From: Opitutaceae bacterium
GTDB taxonomy: Bacteria; Verrucomicrobiota; Verrucomicrobiia; Opitutales; Coraliomargaritaceae
DNA length: 64,000 nt
Direction of reading: 5' to 3'
NCBI GenBank assembly: GCA_051252375.1
Contig: JBPOFY010000006.1
Location: 1 to 64,000 of the forward strand
Positions within the stretch are counted from its first letter, which is position 1, and each line of letters opens with the position of its first letter. Positions 49,246 to 63,108 of the stretch are shown here, in pieces. Under the pieces are notes generated by a model. That model did no database searches, was not told the origin of the DNA, and was given only the letters and a program-made list of their open reading frames with translations. A program made the position numbers and the translations under genes.

Positions 49246-49290
49246 ATGACAACATTATTGTCAAATAAATAATGACAATAATGTTGTCAT
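49246..49290. promoter_or_regulatory. Double palindromic operator between aas and the MarR gene
   Basis: ATGACAACATTATTGTCA-N9-TGACAATAATGTTGTCAT; each half is TGACAA-N5-TTGTCA. Confidence 0.8.
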
Positions 49291-49318
49291 ATTTGGGAAT
49301 AGGTGTTTAGTTCCTCTC

Positions 49319-49759
49319 ATGTCTACAAAGAATAGTCTTCAGGATATGCACATTTTGGCGAACTCCATTCGCCGCACCTATAATCGTTTGCGGCATACGA
49401 CGGATCAGATTCATACCGATACGAATTTGAGCGCGCCGAAGCGAACCTTGATGATGGATTTGGACCGCGAAGGCCCGAAAACAGTCCCGTTGTTGGCTGG
49501 TGCACGCTATGTGAGCCGTCAGATTATTCAGACCCAAGTGAATGAGCTAGTGGATGCGGGGCTCGTCAAAGCGAAGGTCAACCCGGAGCATAAGCGATCG
49601 TCACTGATCACGCTAACCGCGAAAGGCACAAAGCTGGTCAAAGAAATGGCTGCCCGCGAAGATGCGTTTATCCAAAAGCTAGGTTGGCTGCCGGATGCGA
49701 AAGAGCTTCGAACTTGTATCGAGGTTCTAGACTCGATTGATGCCAAACTAGAGGAGTGA
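49319..49759 (+). CDS. MarR family transcriptional regulator
   Basis: VSRQ..VNELVDAGLV..NPEHKRS..LTAKG. Confidence 0.9.
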   Translation: MSTKNSLQDMHILANSIRRTYNRLRHTTDQIHTDTNLSAPKRTLMMDLDREGPKTVPLLAGARYVSRQIIQTQVNELVDAGLVKAKVNPEHKRSSLITLTAKGTKLVKEMAAREDAFIQKLGWLPDAKELRTCIEVLDSIDAKLEE

Positions 49760-49781
49760 GGACTATTGGGGCAGGAAAATA

Positions 49782-49990
49782 GGTAGCGGCGATGGTCTTC
49801 GAATGGCGCTACTTCAAGAAGACATTCTGTGAAAATCTGGAGGGTTGCGCTCCGTCGCAACCGCCGATGGTTCGATGCATATAGCAGTTTCTGCGGCAAT
49901 GACGGAGCATTGCCCTCCAAATGAAGTTACGCATATCATGTCTGTATATACGCTCAAGGTAGTGCCATTAGGGGCGCTCCTGCCTACCAG
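49782..49990. repeat. Mosaic REP cluster
   Basis: GGTAG..CTAC and GGAGGG..CCCTCC inverted pairs; 72-nt block shared with 24077-24148. Confidence 0.7.
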
Positions 49991-50015
49991 CTTTGTTGAA
50001 ATCGGTTGCGGAATC

Positions 50016-52739
<2,724 letters not shown>

Positions 52740-52744
52740 GATGA

Positions 52745-52807
52745 AATTAGGAACTAGAAACTGGGAACTTCGAACGTCCAACGTTGAACGTCCAATTTTG
52801 AATTACA
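52745..52807. repeat. Nine-unit heptamer array, downstream flank of the four-helix-bundle gene
   Basis: aattagg aactaga aactggg aacttcg aacgtcc aacgttg aacgtcc aattttg aattaca. Confidence 0.85.
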
Positions 52808-52809
52808 GA

Positions 52810-53228
52810 TTATTTGTCGATTGGCTTGGTTGATTTTGATTTGGCCGTTTTAATACTGGCGACGAATATTCGAATGAGTTGGTCGGTTTCGTTCATGAGA
52901 TCGTCGAGAAGGTCTGGCTTTTCGACAAGAGGAACACGTTTGACGAGTTTTATCCAGCGTAGTGTCTCTCTTCTTTTACAGAGATGCCTAGTTTGTGGAC
53001 GAAGTCTTTGGCTGATTCGGCACCTTGAGCTTCACCGTGATTTGCGAGAGGTGATGTTGAAGAGCGAAGTAGCTGTTTGGAGACGTGGTTTCCTGCTGGG
53101 CTGTTTTCAATGTTTCGGCAGAGCCTAATTGTTCGAACCGAGAACTCAAGTAGACGTTCTTCAAGGTCGTAATTAGAACGTCCTTCTTCAATGAGGAACT
53201 CGTTCGAGTCTGCTTGTTTGTAACTCAT
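52810..53228 (-). pseudogene. Four helix bundle protein (23S rRNA IVP family), frameshifted near 52970
   Basis: DLEERLLEFS..QLLRSSTSPLANHGEAQGAESAKDFVHKLGISVKE; continuation ETLRWIKL..ETDQLIRIFVASIKTAK lies in another frame. Confidence 0.85.
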
Positions 53229-53264
53229 TCAATATTCGACGTTGGACGTTGGAAGTTCGACGTT
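53229..53264. repeat. Heptamer array, upstream flank, inverted relative to 52766-52804
   Basis: tcaatat tcgacgt tggacgt tggaagt tcgacgt. Confidence 0.85.
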
Positions 53265-53350
53265 CCCCAAAAGCGTCCTTCTTCGACAATGAACTCATCC
53301 CATTCAGAACTGGTCTGCTCGTAATTCATTCGATGTTCGACGTTCCGGTG

Positions 53351-54451
<1,101 letters not shown>

Positions 54452-54596
54452 ATATAAATGCGTAATTTGTGAAAAGCGGAGTAATTTGGGGCGCGTGGCG
54501 AGCGCTTCAAGCCTTTTCCTGTGTGTTTCAGGCATGCGGGCTGAATGTTTTCAGGTTTAGGCTTTGCAGGTGGGGCGTGATTGCTAGCGTCGCGGC

Positions 54597-55595
54597 ATGA
54601 AATTTGAATTGGAATCACCACTAGATATGCACTTACACCTCCGTGAGGGGGCGATGATGGAGCGTGTGACGCCACTGACTGCGGATCATTTCGCTGGGGC
54701 GATCATTATGCCCAACTTGGTGCCGCCGGTGGACAATCTGGAGCGTTTGCTTGCCTACCGCGCACAGATCGAAGCCGCGAAAGGGGCAGCGACATTTGAT
54801 CCTTTGATGATGTTGTTCTTTAAAAACTATACCCGCGAGGAGCTGGAAGCCGCTCGTGAGCATATTTTTGGAATTAAGCTGTATCCTGCCGGTGCAACGA
54901 CGAACAGCGAGGCTGGGGTCAAAGAACTGAGTGCTGCTGAGGATACTTTTGCATTGATGGAGGAAATGGGGATACCGCTCATGATTCACGGTGAGACACA
55001 TGGTTTCGTGATGGATCGTGAGAAGGAGTTCTTAACTAGTTATGCTTATCTCGCAGAGAAGTTTCCTAAGTTGAAAATCACGATGGAGCATATCACCACG
55101 CGCGACGCGGTGGAGTTGCTCGATCAATACGAAAACTTACATGCCACTGTTACGCTGCACCATTTGATCATTACGCTCAATGATGTCGCAGGTGGGCTGC
55201 TTAATCCGCACTTGTTTTGTAAGCCAATTGCGAAACGCCCAGAAGATCGCGAAGCCCTCTTGGGCGCGGCTTTGAAAGCGCATCCGAAGCTGATGTTTGG
55301 CAGTGATTCGGCTCCGCATCCAGTTTCGAAAAAGGAATGCTGTGGTTGCGCGGCAGGTCTCTTTACCGCTCCGGTCTGTTTGCCGACGTTGGTCGAGCTG
55401 TTTGAGAAGCACGATGTGCTGGATAACTTGCAGGCATTTGTCAGCGGTAATGCCCAGCGTATACATGGCTACACGCCGCCGTCGACCAGGGTCGTGCTTG
55501 AGAAGACAGGAATGCTTGTGCCAGAGAAGTATGGCGATGTGGTGCCTTATCGTGCCGGGGAGACAATTCCTTGGGCGGTGACGAGCGTTTGTTAA
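54597..55595 (+). CDS. pyrC: Dihydroorotase (homodimeric type)
   Basis: [35 protein letters not shown]. Confidence 0.96.
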   Translation: MKFELESPLDMHLHLREGAMMERVTPLTADHFAGAIIMPNLVPPVDNLERLLAYRAQIEAAKGAATFDPLMMLFFKNYTREELEAAREHIFGIKLYPAGATTNSEAGVKELSAAEDTFALMEEMGIPLMIHGETHGFVMDREKEFLTSYAYLAEKFPKLKITMEHITTRDAVELLDQYENLHATVTLHHLIITLNDVAGGLLNPHLFCKPIAKRPEDREALLGAALKAHPKLMFGSDSAPHPVSKKECCGCAAGLFTAPVCLPTLVELFEKHDVLDNLQAFVSGNAQRIHGYTPPSTRVVLEKTGMLVPEKYGDVVPYRAGETIPWAVTSVC

Positions 55596-56078
55596 CTATT
55601 TGTATTCGCGTTTCAAATACGAAACAACGGACGGTATCGCTTCGATCATCGAGTCTAGGCACTCGACGTAGGCGTCGTAGTTTTGCCCGTAAGGATCGGG
55701 GATTTGCGAATCCGCGTCCTTATCCATAAAATCTCGGAATAGGTGCACCCGTTCCGGTAGGTTAGGGTAGTAGTGCTTGAGCACATCGATGTGTGAGTCG
55801 GTCATTCCGAAAATCGCGAATGCGCGGTCGACCAAGTCATTTGTGATGGGCTGACTTTTATGGCGGCTGAGGTCCAGCTTTACCTTTTTTAAGGCGGCCA
55901 CGGAATTATTAGAGGCGGGCTCACCATAACCTGCGGCTACACCAGCAGACACGACGACGAGTTTGCTAAAGGGTTCACCTTCGGCATTAAGCGCATGCTG
56001 TAGGAGCTTTTCTGCCATCGGGCTACGGCAAACATTGCCGGTGCAGATAGTAAGGATGAGGTTGCGTTCGTTAGCCAT
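55596..56078 (-). CDS. Low-molecular-weight protein tyrosine/arginine phosphatase
   Basis: CTGNVCRS, DPY. Confidence 0.92.
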   Translation of the reverse strand: MANERNLILTICTGNVCRSPMAEKLLQHALNAEGEPFSKLVVVSAGVAAGYGEPASNNSVAALKKVKLDLSRHKSQPITNDLVDRAFAIFGMTDSHIDVLKHYYPNLPERVHLFRDFMDKDADSQIPDPYGQNYDAYVECLDSMIEAIPSVVSYLKREYK

Positions 56079-56092
56079 GAGCGTGCGTTAAA

Positions 56093-57019
56093 CTAATGAC
56101 TGTCTGGCAGTTGCTGCAAGATTTGTAAAGCGGCAACGATATCAACACCGCGTTGAAGCACGGCATCTGGCTCGAAGTCCGTATCTTTATCGGTATCTTC
56201 TGTGTGTTCGTCAATTTCCTTGGTATCGTCTTTGAGTAGGCGTTGGATGTTGGTGCCTGCTTCGTAGAGATGATAACTCATGTAGTTCTTCTGGGGAGAA
56301 CCTTCAATTTCTATACGTGGTATGAAGCCACTGGCAATCAGTGAGGTGTCGCTCGATGGACGTAGTTCACCTTCGATCATCCATGCTGTGACCTTGTCGG
56401 TTTGCTTGTAGTAACCAGTCCTTCCTGCGGTGGCTTCACCCACCGCAATGATGGATCCGTTGGCCTGTAGGCTGTGCAAGGTGGCTTCGAATGGACCCGC
56501 TGTTTGGCGATTGCAGAGGACGACTGTGGGGTAGCGGCGATTGATAGTTGGTGCCTGTTCAAATGGTTTTAACTGGTCGGTAATTGCTTGGGGCACAACG
56601 CCGACAGTTGTGATCTTGGTATCAGCTTGTTTGCTTTGTAATAGAGGAATCAATGCCGCACCCGAGTGGGGCGATTGCAGGTAGCGCATGTCCAAAATGA
56701 CTGCTTGGTCGTCTAATACTTCTTTGATTACAGGTATGGCTTCATCTAACCTGTAGATACGGATATAGGTAATACTGCGTGGCAACTTTTCGATACGGGC
56801 GGCCTCTTCACGCTCGCTTCGGGTGATTAGTTCGGGAGATTCGAATAGTATCGTGCCAGGGTAGAGCTGGGCGAGACCATGCAAGCGGATGCTTTCCTCG
56901 GTATGCTTTGATGCCTCTGGAAAAAATGTTGGGTCCAGTTGCGCGCCGTGGCCTAGCTGAGTCAGCGTAGCTGCCGCTAAGAGACTGGCAATCAGGCGTG
57001 TGTGGTTGAAATTAAACAC
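56093..57019 (-). CDS. Exported protein with a degenerate S41 peptidase-like fold
   Basis: ILDMRY, VVLCNRQTAGPFE, VGEATAG, D.VLQRG; expected catalytic Ser not seen. Confidence 0.65.
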   Translation of the reverse strand: MFNFNHTRLIASLLAAATLTQLGHGAQLDPTFFPEASKHTEESIRLHGLAQLYPGTILFESPELITRSEREEAARIEKLPRSITYIRIYRLDEAIPVIKEVLDDQAVILDMRYLQSPHSGAALIPLLQSKQADTKITTVGVVPQAITDQLKPFEQAPTINRRYPTVVLCNRQTAGPFEATLHSLQANGSIIAVGEATAGRTGYYKQTDKVTAWMIEGELRPSSDTSLIASGFIPRIEIEGSPQKNYMSYHLYEAGTNIQRLLKDDTKEIDEHTEDTDKDTDFEPDAVLQRGVDIVAALQILQQLPDSH

Positions 57020-57024
57020 GGTTT

Positions 57025-58314
57025 CTATTTTCGATTGAGCTCACGATGTCCGATGTCGCGACGAAGATACTTTTTATCGAAATCGATTTGATCGCAGACA
57101 CTGTAAGCAAGATCGGCAGCTTCTTGGAGTGATGGTGCTTGTCCGCTTACGCCGAGAACTCGGCCGCCATTAGTGGTGATCGTTCCCTTCGCATCACGTT
57201 TAGTTCCGGCATGCACAATTGCAGCGCGCTTCGCGATTTCATTCGGAAAGGTGATGGTGTCGCCCTTGGGGTAGTCGCCAGGATAGCCGCCTGCTGCCAA
57301 TACGATCACTATCGCCGCACCTTGGTGAAAGTTTAATTTAGCGGGCAGCGGTTCGCCCTTCGCTGACGCGAGTAGCACTGGCACGAGATCATCGGCAACC
57401 ATAGGGAGAAGCACTTGAGTTTCGGGATCGCCGAAGCGCACGTTGTATTCAAGCACTTTGACGCCCTTATCGGTGAGCATCAGCCCCGCATAGAGTGTGC
57501 CGCAGAAGTCGATGCCGTCAGCTTTGAAGCCGTCTAGAGTGGGGCGGATGACTTGTTCTTCGATAGCGGCTTGCATTTCAGGAGTCACACGGCTGGTCGG
57601 TGTGTAGGCGCCCATGCCGCCGGTATTCAGACCTTGGTCGCCTTCGCCTGCGCGTTTGTGGTCCTGGCTAGGAGGGAGGCAGACAAAATGATCGCCTGAC
57701 ACGATGGCGTGGATGGAGGCTTCTTCGCCGTAAAGTGTCTCTTCGATGACGATTTCAGCTCCACTGTCACCAAATGCGCCGCCTTCCAGCATGTCTTTGA
57801 CTGCTGCAATGGCCTCTTCTTGAGTTTCTGCCATGATCACACCTTTACCGGCGGCGAGGCCACTGGCTTTGATGACGATCGGGGCAGGGTGCGATTCTAA
57901 ATACTCCAGCGCAGGTGCGACTTCAGTGAAGTTGGCATATTCTGCAGTCGGGATCTTGTGGCGGGCGAAGAAGTCTTTGCAGAAGGCTTTGCTCGATTCG
58001 AGCTGTGCACCTTCTTTTTTAGGACCATATGCGGGTATGCCGACTGTTTCTAGGGCGTCGACGAGTCCGAGGCTCAGGGGCACTTCTGGGCCGACGACGA
58101 CGAGACCGATCTGGTTGGCTTGAGCCAAAGCGACGATTCCGTCGATATCTTCGACAGAAGTGTTAAAGCATTCGACCTCGCTCGCCATGCCACCATTTCC
58201 AGGTGCAGCTATGACACGCCCTGCGAGTGGGCTTTGCAGGCATTTTTGGACGATTGCGTGCTCGCGACCACCCGATCCGATAACGAGAATGTTCAATTTT
58301 GAAGAAGTTGTCAT
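57025..58314 (-). CDS. purD: Phosphoribosylamine--glycine ligase
   Basis: GSGGREHA, GLAAGKGV, QDHKR, NTGGMGAY, RFGDPETQ. Confidence 0.98.
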   Translation of the reverse strand: MTTSSKLNILVIGSGGREHAIVQKCLQSPLAGRVIAAPGNGGMASEVECFNTSVEDIDGIVALAQANQIGLVVVGPEVPLSLGLVDALETVGIPAYGPKKEGAQLESSKAFCKDFFARHKIPTAEYANFTEVAPALEYLESHPAPIVIKASGLAAGKGVIMAETQEEAIAAVKDMLEGGAFGDSGAEIVIEETLYGEEASIHAIVSGDHFVCLPPSQDHKRAGEGDQGLNTGGMGAYTPTSRVTPEMQAAIEEQVIRPTLDGFKADGIDFCGTLYAGLMLTDKGVKVLEYNVRFGDPETQVLLPMVADDLVPVLLASAKGEPLPAKLNFHQGAAIVIVLAAGGYPGDYPKGDTITFPNEIAKRAAIVHAGTKRDAKGTITTNGGRVLGVSGQAPSLQEAADLAYSVCDQIDFDKKYLRRDIGHRELNRK

Positions 58315-58463
58315 ATTAACTGCTCAAAGTTCCACATTCTTATCGCTAGGTAAAGTTTGTTTTCTGTATCTTGTGGGGAACATAGCACTTTCGAAGTGTC
58401 ATGTATTTACGGGTTAACTTCTGGTTGACCAAAAGTAGACTTAATGTTAAAAGCTAACAAATT

Positions 58464-59225
58464 ATGAGTAAGATTTTCTATGTTTTCGTGTTTTTATGGG
58501 TTTCAGGGCAGATGCTGTCTGCTGAAACTTGGACGCTTGAAAGCAAAGATGGACGCTCGATTGAGGTAGATTATCTTTTCTACGACGGTGTCGATCTGAC
58601 TATTCAGAGGGTTGGGGACTACAGGAAAATCAATCTCACCCCAGATCAACTTTCAGCAAAATCCTGGAAGAATATCGAAAAAGAGTTCTCTGCGAAGGCT
58701 GCTATCGAACTTGAAGTGACGAGACAGACCAAGACTTCGACAGCAACTGAGCGCGAAAATCATGACAGTTATTACACCACTACACGTAAGGAAACTGCGA
58801 AAATTAATCGATTTATCATCGAGCTCAGTTCTTCATCTTACTTTAATTCAAAAGTAACGATTGAGTATTTCATATTCGTAGATGGCGAAGTCGAGTATGG
58901 TCGTATTCCGGCGGAATTATCGATGAGGAAGCCATTTGAAACTCAAGTGGAGAAGACCTTGGCGAGCACGTCTTACAAATCATCTTTTAGTGATTACGGG
59001 ACTTTTTACTCAAGTTCTTCAGGTGATAGTAGTGCGAGTATCGGTGTGATCTTGCACAATGCTGAGGGCGATGAAATCGAAGATTACGCTTCTTCTGAAA
59101 AGCTCAAAGAGCACATGCATAGCATCAAGCATAAGCTTAGAGATAGTTACAAACCGCCAGCCAAGCCGAAGCCTAGCAAGTCGGATCAGAGAATTAAGAA
59201 CAACGATTCATTCAAGATAGAGTAG
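58464..59225 (+). CDS. Hypothetical secreted protein
   Basis: Signal peptide; ETWT..DGRSIE..LS (SHD1-like) N-terminal module. Confidence 0.7.
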   Translation: MSKIFYVFVFLWVSGQMLSAETWTLESKDGRSIEVDYLFYDGVDLTIQRVGDYRKINLTPDQLSAKSWKNIEKEFSAKAAIELEVTRQTKTSTATERENHDSYYTTTRKETAKINRFIIELSSSSYFNSKVTIEYFIFVDGEVEYGRIPAELSMRKPFETQVEKTLASTSYKSSFSDYGTFYSSSSGDSSASIGVILHNAEGDEIEDYASSEKLKEHMHSIKHKLRDSYKPPAKPKPSKSDQRIKNNDSFKIE

Positions 59226-59303
59226 GATCTCCTCAGTTAGTTCTGAGGTGGGATAGTTCTTTTTGCGCCTTGTATTTTTTATAAGGGAAGCAAAGAAAGA
59301 GTG

Positions 59304-60716
59304 ATGCGGATTTATTTTATGGGGATCTGTGGCACGGCCATGGGCAATGCGGCATTATTGCTTAAAGAGCAAGGGCATGACGTGTTTGGAGCAGACGCCG
59401 GCATTTATCCGCCGATGAGCGATGTCTTGGCCGATGCTGGCATTGAAGTATTCGACGGTTTTGATGCGAGTCGTCTAGCCGGTCTTCAACCCGATCGAGT
59501 CGTGGTCGGGAATGCGATGAGCCGTGGGAATGTCGAGGTGGAGTGGTTGCTCAATCAATCGGAAGTGTCATTTGTATCTCTGCCTCAGTTATTTCACGAC
59601 ACAGTGCTCGCTGGTCGTTGCCCTGTGGTTATCAGCGGCACGCATGGTAAGACGACGACTTCCACACTGACTGCTTTCTTACTGGATGCGGCTGGTGCTC
59701 AACCCGGTTGGTTGATTGGCGGGATCCCGCATGATTTACCGGGTGGTGCAAAGCTAGGAGAGGGCGCACCGTTTGTGATCGAAGGCGATGAGTATGACTC
59801 CGCATTTTTCGATAAGCGCAGTAAATTTATCCATTATAGGCCTCAAGTAGCGGTCCTCAATAATCTGGAATTCGATCATGCAGATATCTTTCGCGATCTC
59901 GCAGATGTGAAACGCACCTTCAGCCATTTTCTACGAATTATTCCGAGCGCGGGCTATGCGTTGATCAATGGTGATGATGCCAACCTGATGTCGCTATTAC
60001 CCGTTTCTTGGACGCAAGTGGTGACTGTGGGGCAGGGCGAAGCAAATGATCTTCGCATCGTGGACTTTAAAGACGGAGCCGAGGGCGCGTCCTTTGACTT
60101 GCTCTGGAAAGGTCAGCGTTGGACGACTGTCCGTTGGTCGATGCATGGGCTCTTCAATGCGCGCAACGCTGCTATGGCCGCACTTGCAGCGGCATTGGCT
60201 ACTGGATTAAGTTGTCCGACGGAGTTTGATCTGAGTGCTTTATCTCGTTTTCAAGGTGTGAAGCGTCGACAAGATGTGCTACATGCCGACGAAAATTGGA
60301 CGGTGATAGAAGATTTCGCGCATCACCCAACCGCGGTCGCGGGTGCACTAGAAGCCCTTCGCGCGGCATATCCGGACCGACCATTGCTTGCATGTTTCGA
60401 GCCTCGAAGTAACACCGCCGCGAGTTCGCTGTTTCAATCTGCCTTCACTGAAGCCTTATCCGGAGCCGATTCCATTTATCTAGGAGCGGTGCATCGTGCG
60501 GATCGCATGCTTCCTGAGGAGCGATTGGACACCGTAAAAATGGTATCTGAGCTTCAAGGAGAAGGGCGCCAAGCATCTGCTTTTTCAAGTAACGCTCTGA
60601 TGTTGGATCAATTACATGCTGATATCGAGCAAGGGGCAGGTGGTTTAGTGGTCTTTTTTAGCAATGGTTCCTTCGATGGTGTGCAGGCAAAATTGGTTAA
60701 ATTACTGGCTAAATAG
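59304..60716 (+). CDS. mpl: Murein peptide ligase (MurC/Mpl family)
   Basis: GICGTAMG, YPPMS, GTHGKTTT, EGDEYDSAFFDKRSKF, DFAHHPTA, FEPRSNT. Confidence 0.9.
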   Translation: MRIYFMGICGTAMGNAALLLKEQGHDVFGADAGIYPPMSDVLADAGIEVFDGFDASRLAGLQPDRVVVGNAMSRGNVEVEWLLNQSEVSFVSLPQLFHDTVLAGRCPVVISGTHGKTTTSTLTAFLLDAAGAQPGWLIGGIPHDLPGGAKLGEGAPFVIEGDEYDSAFFDKRSKFIHYRPQVAVLNNLEFDHADIFRDLADVKRTFSHFLRIIPSAGYALINGDDANLMSLLPVSWTQVVTVGQGEANDLRIVDFKDGAEGASFDLLWKGQRWTTVRWSMHGLFNARNAAMAALAAALATGLSCPTEFDLSALSRFQGVKRRQDVLHADENWTVIEDFAHHPTAVAGALEALRAAYPDRPLLACFEPRSNTAASSLFQSAFTEALSGADSIYLGAVHRADRMLPEERLDTVKMVSELQGEGRQASAFSSNALMLDQLHADIEQGAGGLVVFFSNGSFDGVQAKLVKLLAK

Positions 60717-60792
60717 GGGCCATTGAAAAAATGTAAAAAACTCAGTTGACGAGTGCCCCAGTCGCACACTTAATTCCGCCTTTCTCAAATGA

Positions 60793-61066
<274 letters not shown>

Positions 61067-61111
61067 GTTCCGAGTGGCACTACCTTAAGAGGACAAACCT
61101 AACTATTTGCT

Positions 61112-61208
61112 GACGCTAAAGGTAGGGACGCCTGCCCTCAGGCGTCCGAGGTTGAAGAAAATGTCAGCGGACGCCTAGGGGCAGGCGTCCCTACCAAATA
61201 CGCTCATA
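61112..61208. repeat. REPIN-like doublet
   Basis: gacgctaaaGGTAGggacgcctgccc..gggcaggcgtccCTACC; paralog of 45721-45816. Confidence 0.8.
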
Positions 61209-61328
61209 TATACATTAATTCTTCCTTAAGGCCGTGCCATTCGCGTCACTCTCTCGCTCCGCGCCTACGATGCTAGTGAGGCGGCTACATTTTAAATGCC
61301 GTCACTCTAGATGCGGAATACCACTGAC

Positions 61329-61658
61329 TTATGCTTCTTGGATTTGCCAGTTGCGGGCGTTGACTTTGTCAATTTCGCCGTGGGAGAGTTCTAGCCAGAG
61401 TTCCAAGGAGGCTTTGCGTGAGACGCCTTTCATGAACCTAGGTGCTTCGTCTTTTTGATCGAGGTTTTCGAAACTGATGATTCCACGGGGATAGACAGTC
61501 AGCATCCAGCCGCTGAAATCGTGTATGAGTGAAACGTCGGGGTGCGCGGTCTCGGTGATGTCAATGTCGTCTAGCTCGTCCAGCAACTCACGCATACGTG
61601 CTTCACTGGGATTGATCTCGGTGATGCCGTCGGCGTCAGTCGTGTGATATAACTCCAT
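61329..61658 (-). CDS. Hypothetical acidic protein
   Basis: 109 aa, 28 nt downstream of argA on the same strand. Confidence 0.75.
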   Translation of the reverse strand: MELYHTTDADGITEINPSEARMRELLDELDDIDITETAHPDVSLIHDFSGWMLTVYPRGIISFENLDQKDEAPRFMKGVSRKASLELWLELSHGEIDKVNARNWQIQEA

Positions 61659-61686
61659 GGCATTCTTTTATTAAGAACGTTGAGGC

Positions 61687-62994
61687 TTATAAATCGCGAT
61701 AGAGGATTTTTGAGTTCCGTCCGTTGGCGGTATAATCCTCTTTGCGTTCTTTCGGAAGATCGTTGATGTCGCCTTCGCTGAATTCGCAGACCTTGGTGAA
61801 GAAATTGGACGATTGCGTGGTCAAGGCGATCACGCGCTTGGCTTTCCGACGCTCAGCTTCGGCGCAGGCATATTTGACCATCTTACGACCGACGCCTCTG
61901 TTTTGATAAAAGGGTTGGACGTAAACACTGCCGACTTCGACTACGGCGCCATCGTCGTAGGTTTGCAAGTTGACGCATGCCACGATACTGCCGTCGATTT
62001 CGTAAACGAGGAAGTCTTCAATCGAGGCTTCGATTGATTCTTTGGAGCGGTCGCGAAGAGTTGCGGAGCGCACGCCGTTACGAGTGATGTTGTAGATGGA
62101 ATAAGCGTCCGCGGGAATCGCTTGGCGTATGGATTGATAGTCATTGCTATAAACCATTGTGCCAATACCGACCTTGTCGAAGATCTCATTGAGGAGTGCG
62201 CCAAAGACCCGTCCATCGAGAATGTGTGCTCGTGGGGTGCCGGCATTGATTGCTTTGACGGCATGTTGCACTTTGCTGAGCAGTCGCTCGGGGATGTTTT
62301 CGATGCCTGCTTCGAGAAGTGTTTCGAGTTCGGCGACTGGGATATTCGTCAATGGTGCACCATGGAGCTTTAGCCCATCCTGGGTGGTCATATAAATCAA
62401 CTTTGAGGCGTTGAGTTTTGACGCCAGTTCAGCGGCAAGATGATCCGAGTTGAGTCTGAGTGACGCGCCGTCGCGGTTGAAGGCGATCGGTGCTGCCACT
62501 GGGATGGTCTTGGAGTCGAGTAACTGCTTGAAGAGGGTGATGTCGAGCTTGTCGACTTTGCCACTCTGTAGTTGGTCGACACCTTTAACGATACCTACCT
62601 CGGTGCTGCGCACGCCATTGCAGGTCGCGCAACGAAGCGCGTTGCGGCTGAGACCTTGCATGATCGAAAGCGTGACTCTGGCGGAGGCTTCTGTTGCGAG
62701 TTCGAGTGTTTGTGCATCAGTTGCACCTTCTCCGTGTGGATTGGTGATTTCGATGCCGCGTGTTTCCGCCATGTTTCGGAGCTGCAGCCCTGCGCCGTGC
62801 ACGAGCACGACGTGGATGTTGAGCGATCGAAGCACAGCGATATCTAGGAGCACATTCTGAAAGTTTTCATGCGCGACAAGGCTGCCATCGATTGCGATGA
62901 CAAAGATTTGCTCCCGAAACATGGGGACATACTTCAAGATGCCCCTCAGATCTGTGGGTTTGATGGTGTTTTCGCTGATGCTGTTGTCGGCCAT
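61687..62994 (-). CDS. argA: Amino-acid N-acetyltransferase (N-acetylglutamate synthase; AAK + GNAT domains)
   Basis: AAK domain VLVHGAG..RAHILDG..GIGTM; GNAT VQPFYQNRGVG..LTTQ. Confidence 0.92.
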   Translation of the reverse strand: MADNSISENTIKPTDLRGILKYVPMFREQIFVIAIDGSLVAHENFQNVLLDIAVLRSLNIHVVLVHGAGLQLRNMAETRGIEITNPHGEGATDAQTLELATEASARVTLSIMQGLSRNALRCATCNGVRSTEVGIVKGVDQLQSGKVDKLDITLFKQLLDSKTIPVAAPIAFNRDGASLRLNSDHLAAELASKLNASKLIYMTTQDGLKLHGAPLTNIPVAELETLLEAGIENIPERLLSKVQHAVKAINAGTPRAHILDGRVFGALLNEIFDKVGIGTMVYSNDYQSIRQAIPADAYSIYNITRNGVRSATLRDRSKESIEASIEDFLVYEIDGSIVACVNLQTYDDGAVVEVGSVYVQPFYQNRGVGRKMVKYACAEAERRKAKRVIALTTQSSNFFTKVCEFSEGDINDLPKERKEDYTANGRNSKILYRDL

Positions 62995-63108
62995 AGTTAT
63001 GCTGCCTACTGTGTAATATTGATGCGTGCTTGCAAGGAGTGTTTTGAGGGATGCTGCGGGATGATTTACGTGGTAATCATGCTGGGATTTGGTTTGCTTG
63101 TGCTGACA

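Noticed and set aside
52745..53346. Diversity-generating retroelement
   Set aside because: Only an Avd-like fold is present; no reverse transcriptase and no template/variable repeat pair with adenine-specific mismatches in the window
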